A stretch of 33,035 nt of DNA from Pseudomonadota bacterium (GTDB taxonomy: Bacteria; Bdellovibrionota; Bdellovibrionia; Bdellovibrionales; SG-bin7), in NCBI GenBank assembly GCA_034439715.1, contig JAWXAY010000064.1, positions 1 through 33,035 of the forward strand, read 5' to 3'. Numbering within the stretch: position 1 is the stretch's first letter; each line of letters starts with the position of its first letter. Below, one piece after another: positions 5,992 through 14,453 of the stretch. The notes below the pieces were generated by a model, which did no database searches, was not told the DNA's origin, and saw only the letters and a program-made list of their open reading frames with translations. The position numbers and the translations under genes were made by a program.

Positions 5992-8786
5992 GGGAACACA
6001 ACCTTGTTATACTGATTTAACAAAAGAGTAGAAACATCCTGTTTCCATTTCCCGCACCAAAAGAGCGTTGCTGAAACACCTTTTGCATTTGCTCCCAAAC
6101 CAAAATGCAGGCGCCCATCACTTTGCGACGAAAGGCCACTCACGTTTTGAGTTTCTTGGGTAATCGACCAAGACTTCCCGGCGCTTTCCATGACTTGTAA
6201 AATCACGCGCGTTCCAATTGCCTGACGATTACATTTTTGGGAATGGGATTGTAATTCAATTCCTACCCATTGATTGGGGATTTTTTCTAACGAAATATTT
6301 TTATAGAGAGATGGCTCTTGAAACTGGTGCGTAAACAAAAGATCTCTGCGACCACGGTTCTCAAAGTCAGCTGATATAACTCCGCGCGAATTTGTCAGCT
6401 GTGTGAGACCTGTACTTTCAGCAACATCCACGTATTGAGGTTTAGCCTTGGTGCCGCGATTCCAATAAAGCCGATTTCGTTCTTTGCCAAAAATGCAGTG
6501 CCCTCTAATATCGCCCCAATGACTAGCATATCTATGGATTGATGGTGGTGATCTTGCTACCTTTTCGTTGACGTACCAGTAATCAGGACACTTTTCATAG
6601 AGTCGGTCATAAGTATCATCGACCATCCCATTAGCCTGAGAAATATCAACCCAGCCATCGTTATCAAAATCTGTGGCTACGGCACCCCAACCAAAACGAC
6701 TCTCATTGAGCACACCTTTCTGCGAAGCCTCTTCCTCAATTTTTGGATAAAAGGACTGGGCTCCTGGCAAAAACGTCCACAGTAGCGAACCTTCGGCCTG
6801 CAGAGCATGGTGAACATTGGATACATAAACCCCTAGCCACCCTGTGCGGTCGTAGTCGGCGATAGAAACATTCATACCCTTATAGGTGTCGCGGCCAATA
6901 GATCCAAAAATTATACCTTTAATGTTTTCAAATTTCTTGCCTTCAATATTGTAATAGAGGTCATCGGGACCAAAATCATTGGCGATATAAATATCTGGCC
7001 ACGAATCCTGGTTAAGATCCGCAACTCCCACAGCTAGTGACCAGCGAGTTTCGACGAGACCAATGGATTCGGGATCAGCTCTCAAAAACTTATGATCTGG
7101 TGTTTGAAAATAAATATAATTAAGACCGCCATTGTTCGACTGATGCCAACTTTCGTGCATAAAATTAAACATTCTCTGATCACCAGCGTACTCAGGTTGG
7201 GGTAGAGAAAACAAATTGAGTGGTTGAGGGGTAGAGTAGTCCGGCAAGGTTTCGGGAATAACATTTAAGACCACAAGGTCAAGCAACCCGTCCTGATTGA
7301 AGTCTGCAAAAGCGGCGGACATGGAGTTTCCGAAGCGATAAAGGCCACTCTCTTGAGTCACGTCCTGCCAATCGAGCTTTCCCTTTTCGATCAACAGGTT
7401 TTTTAGAAGTCGATTAGAGCCAAAGGCTACCGGAAGAAATAAATCTTGATCACCATCATTATCATAGTCTGCAAAAACTCCGTTCATCACTAGACCATGA
7501 ACCTCAGGAGACTTTAGTATTTCGGTAAGGGCTAATAGAGGAGTTGCGTGAAATCGGTAGTCGCCCTCATTGAGGTAAATGAGCGAGCGCGTTTCTGTTT
7601 TCTTTAAGAGGTTCGTTAAGAATAGATCGGTTTTACCATCGTTATTGACGTCAGCGGCAGCACCGGCATCCCCTATGCTTAGCAGCCACTTAATAACGTG
7701 CTGAACCCGGACGTCTACACGCTGAAAAATATCCCCCGGCTCAAAAGCATTTAAACCACTCTGCGACTTATCAATTTTTTCAAAATAAAAAGTCAGGTCC
7801 TGATGCGCTATTCGTGCGTCGGCTCGATAAAAAAGAATGCTTAGCACTGTCAGTGGCGCCAAGACAAAAAACTGCCGATAATATTTGGAAGACCAGAAAC
7901 TAAGTTTTAAATAGTTAACCGGTCCCACGGCAACAGCCGCCCTCACGTGATTGATAATGAGTCGGATCAAACCGACAATCAATGCCGCATAAAAAAAAGT
8001 ATAATAGCTCTGCTTGAGGTGAAGTAACAAATCCACAGCCGCTAGCCAAAAGCCCACCCAGCGTTGTTGGGCAATATCTTTTGGTGACGTGGAGGGGTCG
8101 GTGATCATAAAAAAAGTAAAAATAAAAAATGAGGGAGAGGACAATGTTCCTAAAAAAAGAGTCTCAAACGGCAAATGGTGTTTCATAATCCAAGCGCGAA
8201 ATGCGGTCTGCAAAGTAAAAAAAATCAAGAAACTAAAAACTAAATTGTGACGGTTAACTTTAGGAATAACAAACAACAGCCCAAGCATTATCACAAAAAA
8301 TGACATCGCGGCAATGCCATTCCATTGATAAGCAGGAGCGGCCGTCACAAGATCAGAGCTAAAAAGCAAAGAAAAGGAGACTCCCACCATGGCGGGATTC
8401 AACGCGTGTTTGCCTTTATACTGAAGCAAATACTTTGAACCTATTGCGAATAAAACCGGTAGATACAAAAAACTAAGTCCGTGACTATAATTCAACAAAA
8501 ACGACAATGAAAAACTGGTGATCACAGCACTTAGTGGAAAAACAAAACGGCGATGAAATAAGTAAGTCAAGAATAGTTCAAAGCTCACGCAGGCTGCGGT
8601 GGTCACAATCGCCTGCAGTGGCGAACGATTGAATCCGAGTACCGTCAAGCCCAATAAAAGATAAGTGAATAAAATAACAGCTACAGGAATACGCGGATCA
8701 ACTCTTTGATAGCTTTGAATGCAAGCTTGCCAAAAGTCAAACCCACCGATTGGTGCCGGCGCCGCTCGAGTATCTGAAATTTCCAT
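5988..8786 (-). CDS. Fusion of an UnbU/RnfD-like polytopic membrane domain with a CRTAC1/FG-GAP beta-propeller and an ASPIC-UnbV C-terminal domain
   Basis: N-terminal ~320 aa hydrophobic, with KHALNPAM and FFMITDPSTSP (RnfD/NqrB/UnbU motifs). Seven DxDxDG-like repeats (ADVNNDG, ADYDNDG, ADFNQDG, ADLNQDS, ADYDRTG, TDFDNDG, ADFENRG). C-terminal NRQAIGTRV...SSQSDGRLHFGLG. Start ATG 8786 or TTG 8792. Confidence 0.88.
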   Translation of the reverse strand: MEISDTRAAPAPIGGFDFWQACIQSYQRVDPRIPVAVILFTYLLLGLTVLGFNRSPLQAIVTTAACVSFELFLTYLFHRRFVFPLSAVITSFSLSFLLNYSHGLSFLYLPVLFAIGSKYLLQYKGKHALNPAMVGVSFSLLFSSDLVTAAPAYQWNGIAAMSFFVIMLGLLFVIPKVNRHNLVFSFLIFFTLQTAFRAWIMKHHLPFETLFLGTLSSPSFFIFTFFMITDPSTSPKDIAQQRWVGFWLAAVDLLLHLKQSYYTFFYAALIVGLIRLIINHVRAAVAVGPVNYLKLSFWSSKYYRQFFVLAPLTVLSILFYRADARIAHQDLTFYFEKIDKSQSGLNAFEPGDIFQRVDVRVQHVIKWLLSIGDAGAAADVNNDGKTDLFLTNLLKKTETRSLIYLNEGDYRFHATPLLALTEILKSPEVHGLVMNGVFADYDNDGDQDLFLPVAFGSNRLLKNLLIEKGKLDWQDVTQESGLYRFGNSMSAAFADFNQDGLLDLVVLNVIPETLPDYSTPQPLNLFSLPQPEYAGDQRMFNFMHESWHQSNNGGLNYIYFQTPDHKFLRADPESIGLVETRWSLAVGVADLNQDSWPDIYIANDFGPDDLYYNIEGKKFENIKGIIFGSIGRDTYKGMNVSIADYDRTGWLGVYVSNVHHALQAEGSLLWTFLPGAQSFYPKIEEEASQKGVLNESRFGWGAVATDFDNDGWVDISQANGMVDDTYDRLYEKCPDYWYVNEKVARSPPSIHRYASHWGDIRGHCIFGKERNRLYWNRGTKAKPQYVDVAESTGLTQLTNSRGVISADFENRGRRDLLFTHQFQEPSLYKNISLEKIPNQWVGIELQSHSQKCNRQAIGTRVILQVMESAGKSWSITQETQNVSGLSSQSDGRLHFGLGANAKGVSATLFWCGKWKQDVSTLLLNQYNKVVFP

Positions 8787-8817
8787 ATTCAAAGCAGAAC
8801 AAAAATCGATATTTTTA

Positions 8818-10935
8818 TCAAGATTTTAATTTTAGAGCGCGCAATAGATAAAGGTCTCCCACCAAGGCGGCCAAAAATCCCAAAATCAAAAATAGCCCAA
8901 GCTCACGCATAGTTAAAAAATAAGAGAAGAAAAATAGCGCCGATAGGCCCATCATAAAAATAGACACACTGAATGCCATTAAACTTAACTGTCCCGCTCT
9001 GTCTTGGTTCTTACGATTTGCACGGTTCATTATAAACTGAATGGTGTTGTCGCCGGCCAAGCCTACTACTATGGCGCCCACCACGGCAGTCATCATGTTG
9101 ATGGGAAACTGAAAAAGTGCCATCAATATCATCATGACACATGGAGCCCACATGGCGGTCGCTAAATAGAGCCAAATTGGTCTTTGCCGATTGATGACCA
9201 GCAGACCAAAAATCACTCCTGCAACCAGCAACAAACTCAGTACAAAACTCTCGGCCAAAGTATTAATAAGAAGACGTGTGTATTCTGCAAATACCACCAT
9301 CTCCCCTTGCACGGCACAATGGCTGTTGCAGATTTGTTCAAGCTTCTCCGTCAAACTGTTGATTTTTAAAACATCCCCCGAAGCTAAAAGAACAAAAATT
9401 CTTTCTTGTCTATCGGCGCTGATAAACTTTTGTCCCAACAGAGTTAATCGGCTCTCACGTTGAATAAGGTCATTTAAAAGTTCACTGCCTTCGCTGCGTG
9501 GCAAGTGGTCATCAATGGTTTCTACCTGAACTACCCCTGGTAAAATTTTGATTTCATCCAAAATCTTTTTTTTATCGGAGACATTTATCGCTCGTTTGAA
9601 CACGACTTGTAGATCGCTCTGAGCCCCTCTGATTTGCTTTAATTTCTCAGTCACTTGAGAAAAGGAGTGTTGCTCGGGCAATATATCAAAAGGCGAGTGA
9701 TTGAGATTCATTTTTTTGAGCGCAAAAGGAGACAAAGTCATTATTAGCAATATCCCCATCGCCAAAGATTTCGGTAACAACCTGATTGACATTTTTTTAA
9801 AAATCTCGCTAAGAGACGATGGCTTGGTCCAATACTGGAGACTGGGAAAAAGCCTAAGAATCGATGGTAGAAACACAAAAATGACGATCCATTCAAGAAG
9901 GGCGCCCCACGCCGTCCAAAAACCGAATCGGCGCACGGCCGACAGATCACTGACAAGGAGAGAACCAAACCCTATTACGGTTGTTAACGTCGTAAAAAAA
10001 CTGGCTGCAGAAAAGCGAGCGATGGCATGAAATCCACGCCTGCCTTTTTCTACTTGATAGGTACTAATGGCGACAAAATCTTCGATGACCGCCAAGGATA
10101 ACACCAAAAACAGTCCGGTCGTAAGGGGATCGATAGGAACACCACTAGCCGTCATGGCCAGTTGCAATGGAATAAAAGCGGCAGAAAGGCAACCTAACAT
10201 TAAAAATCCGGATTTCCAGGTATTAAAAAGTAGCCGCGCCAAAAGCATCAAAGCAACAATAAATAAGATATTTAATTTTTGGGTGGCATCCATGCCTTCC
10301 TTCATCGCCTGCTGAAAAATAAGATTGCCCGTAAACCCTAAATTCCAAGAAGAAAGATTATCGCTTAGCGTTTTTTGAATGCGCGATGTGTGTTCCGGAT
10401 CAAAACGACCATAGGTAGTGACTTTTTTTAAATCCTCAAAACCAAAAATTAGAATAACGCTAGTAAAATCCTTATCAAAAAATATTTGACTGTTCGATGC
10501 CCCTTTAACCTTGGCCCACCAGACAGGGGATTCGTGGCAATTGTGGGGAATCAGCGTCGGAAAAAAAACATGGTGAGGTGAGGTTTCGACTTCTCGTATT
10601 TGAAACGGACTGTAAAAATGCACAAGATTGTCAAGCTTAGGAATAACTCTCTCAATGGCTCCTTTTAACTGGCAGAGATCAGCCGCGCTCCACGCTTGCC
10701 CCCCCTTAGGACTTACTATCAAGAACAACTCCTGATCAGACGAGAATTGTTCGAGATGATGCCTGAAGCTTTCCACCCTTTTGCTTTTGGAGTCTACGAA
10801 GTCGAGTGTGTTTATGTTAATAACCAGCGGTTTTAAAAAGAATGCTGGCATTAGCAATAACAGGTATAAACCAATACCCCAAAAAGGTTTCCTGTAGAAA
10901 AATCGACTAAGTTTACGAAAGAAGAACACAGTCAT
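8818..10935 (-). CDS. MMPL/RND-superfamily lipid exporter
   Basis: Two-fold repeat of TM, extracytoplasmic domain and 5 TM. Motifs TTLTTVIGFGSL..S...VRRFG and GLAGDNTIQF. Confidence 0.88.
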   Translation of the reverse strand: MTVFFFRKLSRFFYRKPFWGIGLYLLLLMPAFFLKPLVININTLDFVDSKSKRVESFRHHLEQFSSDQELFLIVSPKGGQAWSAADLCQLKGAIERVIPKLDNLVHFYSPFQIREVETSPHHVFFPTLIPHNCHESPVWWAKVKGASNSQIFFDKDFTSVILIFGFEDLKKVTTYGRFDPEHTSRIQKTLSDNLSSWNLGFTGNLIFQQAMKEGMDATQKLNILFIVALMLLARLLFNTWKSGFLMLGCLSAAFIPLQLAMTASGVPIDPLTTGLFLVLSLAVIEDFVAISTYQVEKGRRGFHAIARFSAASFFTTLTTVIGFGSLLVSDLSAVRRFGFWTAWGALLEWIVIFVFLPSILRLFPSLQYWTKPSSLSEIFKKMSIRLLPKSLAMGILLIMTLSPFALKKMNLNHSPFDILPEQHSFSQVTEKLKQIRGAQSDLQVVFKRAINVSDKKKILDEIKILPGVVQVETIDDHLPRSEGSELLNDLIQRESRLTLLGQKFISADRQERIFVLLASGDVLKINSLTEKLEQICNSHCAVQGEMVVFAEYTRLLINTLAESFVLSLLLVAGVIFGLLVINRQRPIWLYLATAMWAPCVMMILMALFQFPINMMTAVVGAIVVGLAGDNTIQFIMNRANRKNQDRAGQLSLMAFSVSIFMMGLSALFFFSYFLTMRELGLFLILGFLAALVGDLYLLRALKLKS

Positions 10936-11833
10936 CGATCATACCGACACAGATCTGACTATCAGTTATGGTTTCTGTAGTGGTCCACTGCCACTCAATT
11001 TTCAAGAGTTTGCCCTCAGAGAACGACAATTTTAAGATCTTCCCGAAGCGCAGCATCTCTTTATTGAAGTAGATATAAAAATTCCCTAAAGAATATGATG
11101 TCAATAGATTGTCTTTAAAAGTAATTGGTTGAGGCGTGTGAGAATGGTGACCTATAACTACCGGAAACTCCTTAAATTTTGAGTGCCTTAGATCTCGCTC
11201 GAGGGCTGAAGGAAAAAAACAAAATTCCTTTCCCCAATGTAAAGATGCAATGGTCCCTTTATTTATGTCACTAAAACCAATTACCTCAGAGCAAGGAACG
11301 TTTGACATTTGAGTAGCACCAACCAACCTTACTTTATTAGCGTCGAAAAATGGCCGATCTTTTAATCCATAATAATGAGAGTGCGAAGCTGCCAAAACTT
11401 TTTTTGTATTAATGAGTCCTTCGACACCGTAGTCAAAAGAGTGATTGTTGGCCAAACCAAATACCCACTGCCCCAAAGGCTTTAGTAAATTGAGGTCCTC
11501 TAAGATCCTAGGATGATTGAACTGTTTAATAAAAACGAGATCGCGTTTTTCAACCAAAGGGCCTTCAAGATTGGATACTAAAAAATCGCAATCCTCAACA
11601 AAGTTTTTGAGAAGAGGCGAAAACCGCAATTTTTTACCCGAAGTTCCCATCAAATCGCCGACAAAACCCAATTTCAAATCGCAAGCCCCAGAAGCCACTT
11701 CGACGCACTTTGGTATATCATGCAATTGTAAAGGATTTTTAAAGTCTCCACCACGCAAAAAACGCCAGACCCAAGCTGCTGAATGTTTAAATCCGTAGGG
11801 AGACTTGAATTGTTCTAGGTTCATGCTTACCAT
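10913..11833 (-). CDS. CapA/PGA_cap-family metallophosphoesterase-fold protein, apparently cytoplasmic
   Basis: Motifs GFVGDLM, NLEGP, LANNHSFDYG, SLHWGKE, GHHSHTPQ and YSLGNF. No signal peptide or TM anchor visible. Start 11833 or 11824. Confidence 0.88.
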   Translation of the reverse strand: MVSMNLEQFKSPYGFKHSAAWVWRFLRGGDFKNPLQLHDIPKCVEVASGACDLKLGFVGDLMGTSGKKLRFSPLLKNFVEDCDFLVSNLEGPLVEKRDLVFIKQFNHPRILEDLNLLKPLGQWVFGLANNHSFDYGVEGLINTKKVLAASHSHYYGLKDRPFFDANKVRLVGATQMSNVPCSEVIGFSDINKGTIASLHWGKEFCFFPSALERDLRHSKFKEFPVVIGHHSHTPQPITFKDNLLTSYSLGNFYIYFNKEMLRFGKILKLSFSEGKLLKIEWQWTTTETITDSQICVGMIDDCVLLS

Positions 11834-11858
11834 TAGTGAAAGAGTTTAGACGAGTTTT

Positions 11859-12875
11859 ATGGATGCTCAAGCAATATTAGTATGGATAGTTCCCTTCTTC
11901 CTTATCTTTATGGGATTGGAACTCTTTTACTTTTATAAAATTGATAGAAGAGTTTACAAGACCAAAGACACGCTTTGCAGTCTTAGTTGTGGCTTTGGCC
12001 AGGCTCTGGTCGATTCTATTTTAAAAGTTTTCTTGATATGGAGTTACGACATTTTACAGCGGAAGATCGGCATTGCTCCGCAACCCCCTAGCGTCCTCCG
12101 ACTTATATCTGCATTTATCGTGGTGGATTTTATGTACTACGTTTATCACCGCCTATCTCATAATATTAACTGGATGTGGGCGATCCACGTCGTTCATCAT
12201 TCCAGTTCCGAATTCAATTATTCAGTCGCCTTGAGGCAGGCTTGGTTTCAAAAGCTTTCCGCTTTTCCATTTTACTTGCTATTTATTTTTACAGGAGTAG
12301 GCGCAGAACTCATTGGCGTAATCATTGCCATACATGCTTGCTGGCAATTTTTGTCTCATACGCGAATGAGCAAAAATGAAATTCCCATTGTCCGCTGGCT
12401 ATTTGTGACTCCGGCCCATCATCGCGTTCACCATGGTACCAATCCCCAGTACATAAATAGAAATTTTGCCGGCGTGTTGTCAGTTTGGGACAGACTATTT
12501 AATAGCTATGAACCCGAAGTTGAAGCCGTTAAATACGGTATTAGCCCTCAACTTGAAAAATATGGCGTTTGGAAAATCAACACTCATATCTGGCTCGATA
12601 TCTTTCGTGATTTAAGATCACTTCCGACGATAAGACAAAAATGGAAGCTGCTGTGGAGTTCTCCACAAGGAGCTCAGTCGGACTCACCTATCCCACCAAA
12701 AAAATCAAATAACCCTTCGACGCCACTACTAATATTCCAGACCTGTGTCTTTTTATTAATCATTTGTTTTTTAGCCTTTCACCCTACATGGCCACTAACC
12801 TGGCGGCTGACGCTGGGCGCATGCCTTCTTGTTTTTCTAATTTTTTCTGGCCAACTCATCGACAAAACATTGTAA
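11859..12875 (+). CDS. Sterol desaturase / fatty acid hydroxylase superfamily protein, alkylglycerol monooxygenase-like
   Basis: His boxes YYVYHRLSH, HVVHHSS..FNYSVALRQ, FLSH and TPAHHRVHHG.N..YINRNFAG.LSVWDRLF, with multiple TM segments. Confidence 0.9.
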   Translation: MDAQAILVWIVPFFLIFMGLELFYFYKIDRRVYKTKDTLCSLSCGFGQALVDSILKVFLIWSYDILQRKIGIAPQPPSVLRLISAFIVVDFMYYVYHRLSHNINWMWAIHVVHHSSSEFNYSVALRQAWFQKLSAFPFYLLFIFTGVGAELIGVIIAIHACWQFLSHTRMSKNEIPIVRWLFVTPAHHRVHHGTNPQYINRNFAGVLSVWDRLFNSYEPEVEAVKYGISPQLEKYGVWKINTHIWLDIFRDLRSLPTIRQKWKLLWSSPQGAQSDSPIPPKKSNNPSTPLLIFQTCVFLLIICFLAFHPTWPLTWRLTLGACLLVFLIFSGQLIDKTL

Positions 12876-12902
12876 TTAACACAAGAAAATAAGGAGAACC
12901 TC

Positions 12903-14453
12903 ATGAAATTAAATCTTGTTCTTATCGTCTGTTTTTTCTCTTTCGTAGCCAGTGCGGCAAGGCCAAAAGCTTATTCATTCAAACAATATTTGGCGGAAGT
13001 CCAAAGGCCCGTGGCAATCGCCGAAGCAGACTACCCTTATTTTGACGAAAAAATGTCGGCTACAATAAAACCCCAGCTAGATATAGAAGCTCAGAGAAAA
13101 CCTGCTCAGATGAGTGAACTCCAAGAAAGTAATATGAGCCCCGATGCTCAAGAGGTCATAAAATCTATTGCAGCCATTGACGTCAGTGACGAAAATCCAA
13201 AAGCCACTGACGAGCTCGATAATCTTATTAACTTATATTTGGATAAGAAGTACGCCACACTTTCTCCAGACGCTAAACTCATTGTGTCTCAACTGCGAAG
13301 CCTAAAACCATTTCGCGGTTTCCTTTGGAGATTTAGACCCTATCTTGATCAAGCGCGCATAACACAAACCGCGGCACTCACATCATTTAAGAATTTAGCG
13401 GCCAATTTGCGCTGGTTGCTCCGTTCACCACAGGCTAAGCTGGCTTTCAGATACGTCTCCGAGCCCTACGCCGAAGGCGATGTTTTAGCGCCCGCAATTG
13501 ATAGCGAAGGAAAAATTCAATATTGGTTAGCGTCTGAGGTATTACCAGCCTTTAGTAAAACAGCTAAAATGTTGCACGAAATACCTGTCGATTCTGCAAA
13601 GCCTCTCGTTTGGGATAACCGTCTGCTTATGGGGCCCGAAAGTTTTAAAGATGGCATTGATCGCTTTAAGTGGACGGGCGAGGTTGAAAAACAACTTCTC
13701 ATTGCCTCCTACGAAAATTCAATTTCTCAAATTTTATTTTTTAATTCTTACTCGATTTACAATCTCTTAGAATTATCGGTTGATCTGGGAAAACTTTTTG
13801 GTGTCGATAGCCTTCCTATTCCGTTTACTGAGGCTCAAGGCGTGACCATGGCGCAATATCAATCTGTGATCATGAAATCAAAGTATGAAGAGTTTGGTAA
13901 AAAAATAAGTGGTTGTACGTACGCCAATAAGGCTTGCATGGAAATGTCCTTTAAATACTTGAAATCGGCAACCGAACGCACTTACGATGTGTGGAAAATT
14001 GCGCAAAGGCGAGATGGAAATAATTTCTTCGCGCTAAACACAGAGTATGCACAGGTCGATATCGCACGCGGCAATATCAATTTTGAGAATATCAAGAGCT
14101 TGGTCAATAGAAAAACCATGCTTCGCAGTCTTGCTACGGGCGAAGTCGCAGTGTTTGACCTGAGGGCTTTCTATATGCCAAATCCTCCCGCAGATCTTAA
14201 GGCACTTTTGCCTACGGGTTTTGATAATACTAAAGACCGTGAAAAGTCTATCCAGTTAGGGAAACTAACCAAAACCGAGTCCTATCGTAATTTCTTTTTC
14301 GGCAGTCCACTCACTTGGAAAAGCGTTGAGCCCTACAAATCATTTTTACCGAATGTGACTTCGGGTAGCGACGTACTTCAAGCCGGTCGTGTTTTAGCAC
14401 ACGCCACGGCAGGAATTGTGAGAATTCCCGGATTAACCTTGGCCGAACAATGA
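12903..14453 (+). CDS. Secreted hypothetical protein (516 aa)
   Basis: SD AAGGAG, signal peptide MKLNLVLIVCFFSFVASA, and an ATGA overlap with the next gene. No recognisable domain. Confidence 0.8.
   Translation: MKLNLVLIVCFFSFVASAARPKAYSFKQYLAEVQRPVAIAEADYPYFDEKMSATIKPQLDIEAQRKPAQMSELQESNMSPDAQEVIKSIAAIDVSDENPKATDELDNLINLYLDKKYATLSPDAKLIVSQLRSLKPFRGFLWRFRPYLDQARITQTAALTSFKNLAANLRWLLRSPQAKLAFRYVSEPYAEGDVLAPAIDSEGKIQYWLASEVLPAFSKTAKMLHEIPVDSAKPLVWDNRLLMGPESFKDGIDRFKWTGEVEKQLLIASYENSISQILFFNSYSIYNLLELSVDLGKLFGVDSLPIPFTEAQGVTMAQYQSVIMKSKYEEFGKKISGCTYANKACMEMSFKYLKSATERTYDVWKIAQRRDGNNFFALNTEYAQVDIARGNINFENIKSLVNRKTMLRSLATGEVAVFDLRAFYMPNPPADLKALLPTGFDNTKDREKSIQLGKLTKTESYRNFFFGSPLTWKSVEPYKSFLPNVTSGSDVLQAGRVLAHATAGIVRIPGLTLAEQ

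Noticed and set aside
7900..8786. Rnf or Nqr respiratory complex
   Set aside because: No other rnf/nqr subunits, and the RnfD-like domain is fused to a propeller and lacks the FMN-acceptor Thr.
5988..8792. Enediyne biosynthetic gene cluster
   Set aside because: No pksE, unbL/E3 or E10 thioesterase in the window. Only UnbU/UnbV-like domains are present.
10913..11833. Poly-gamma-glutamate capsule locus
   Set aside because: capB/capC are absent and the protein lacks a membrane anchor.
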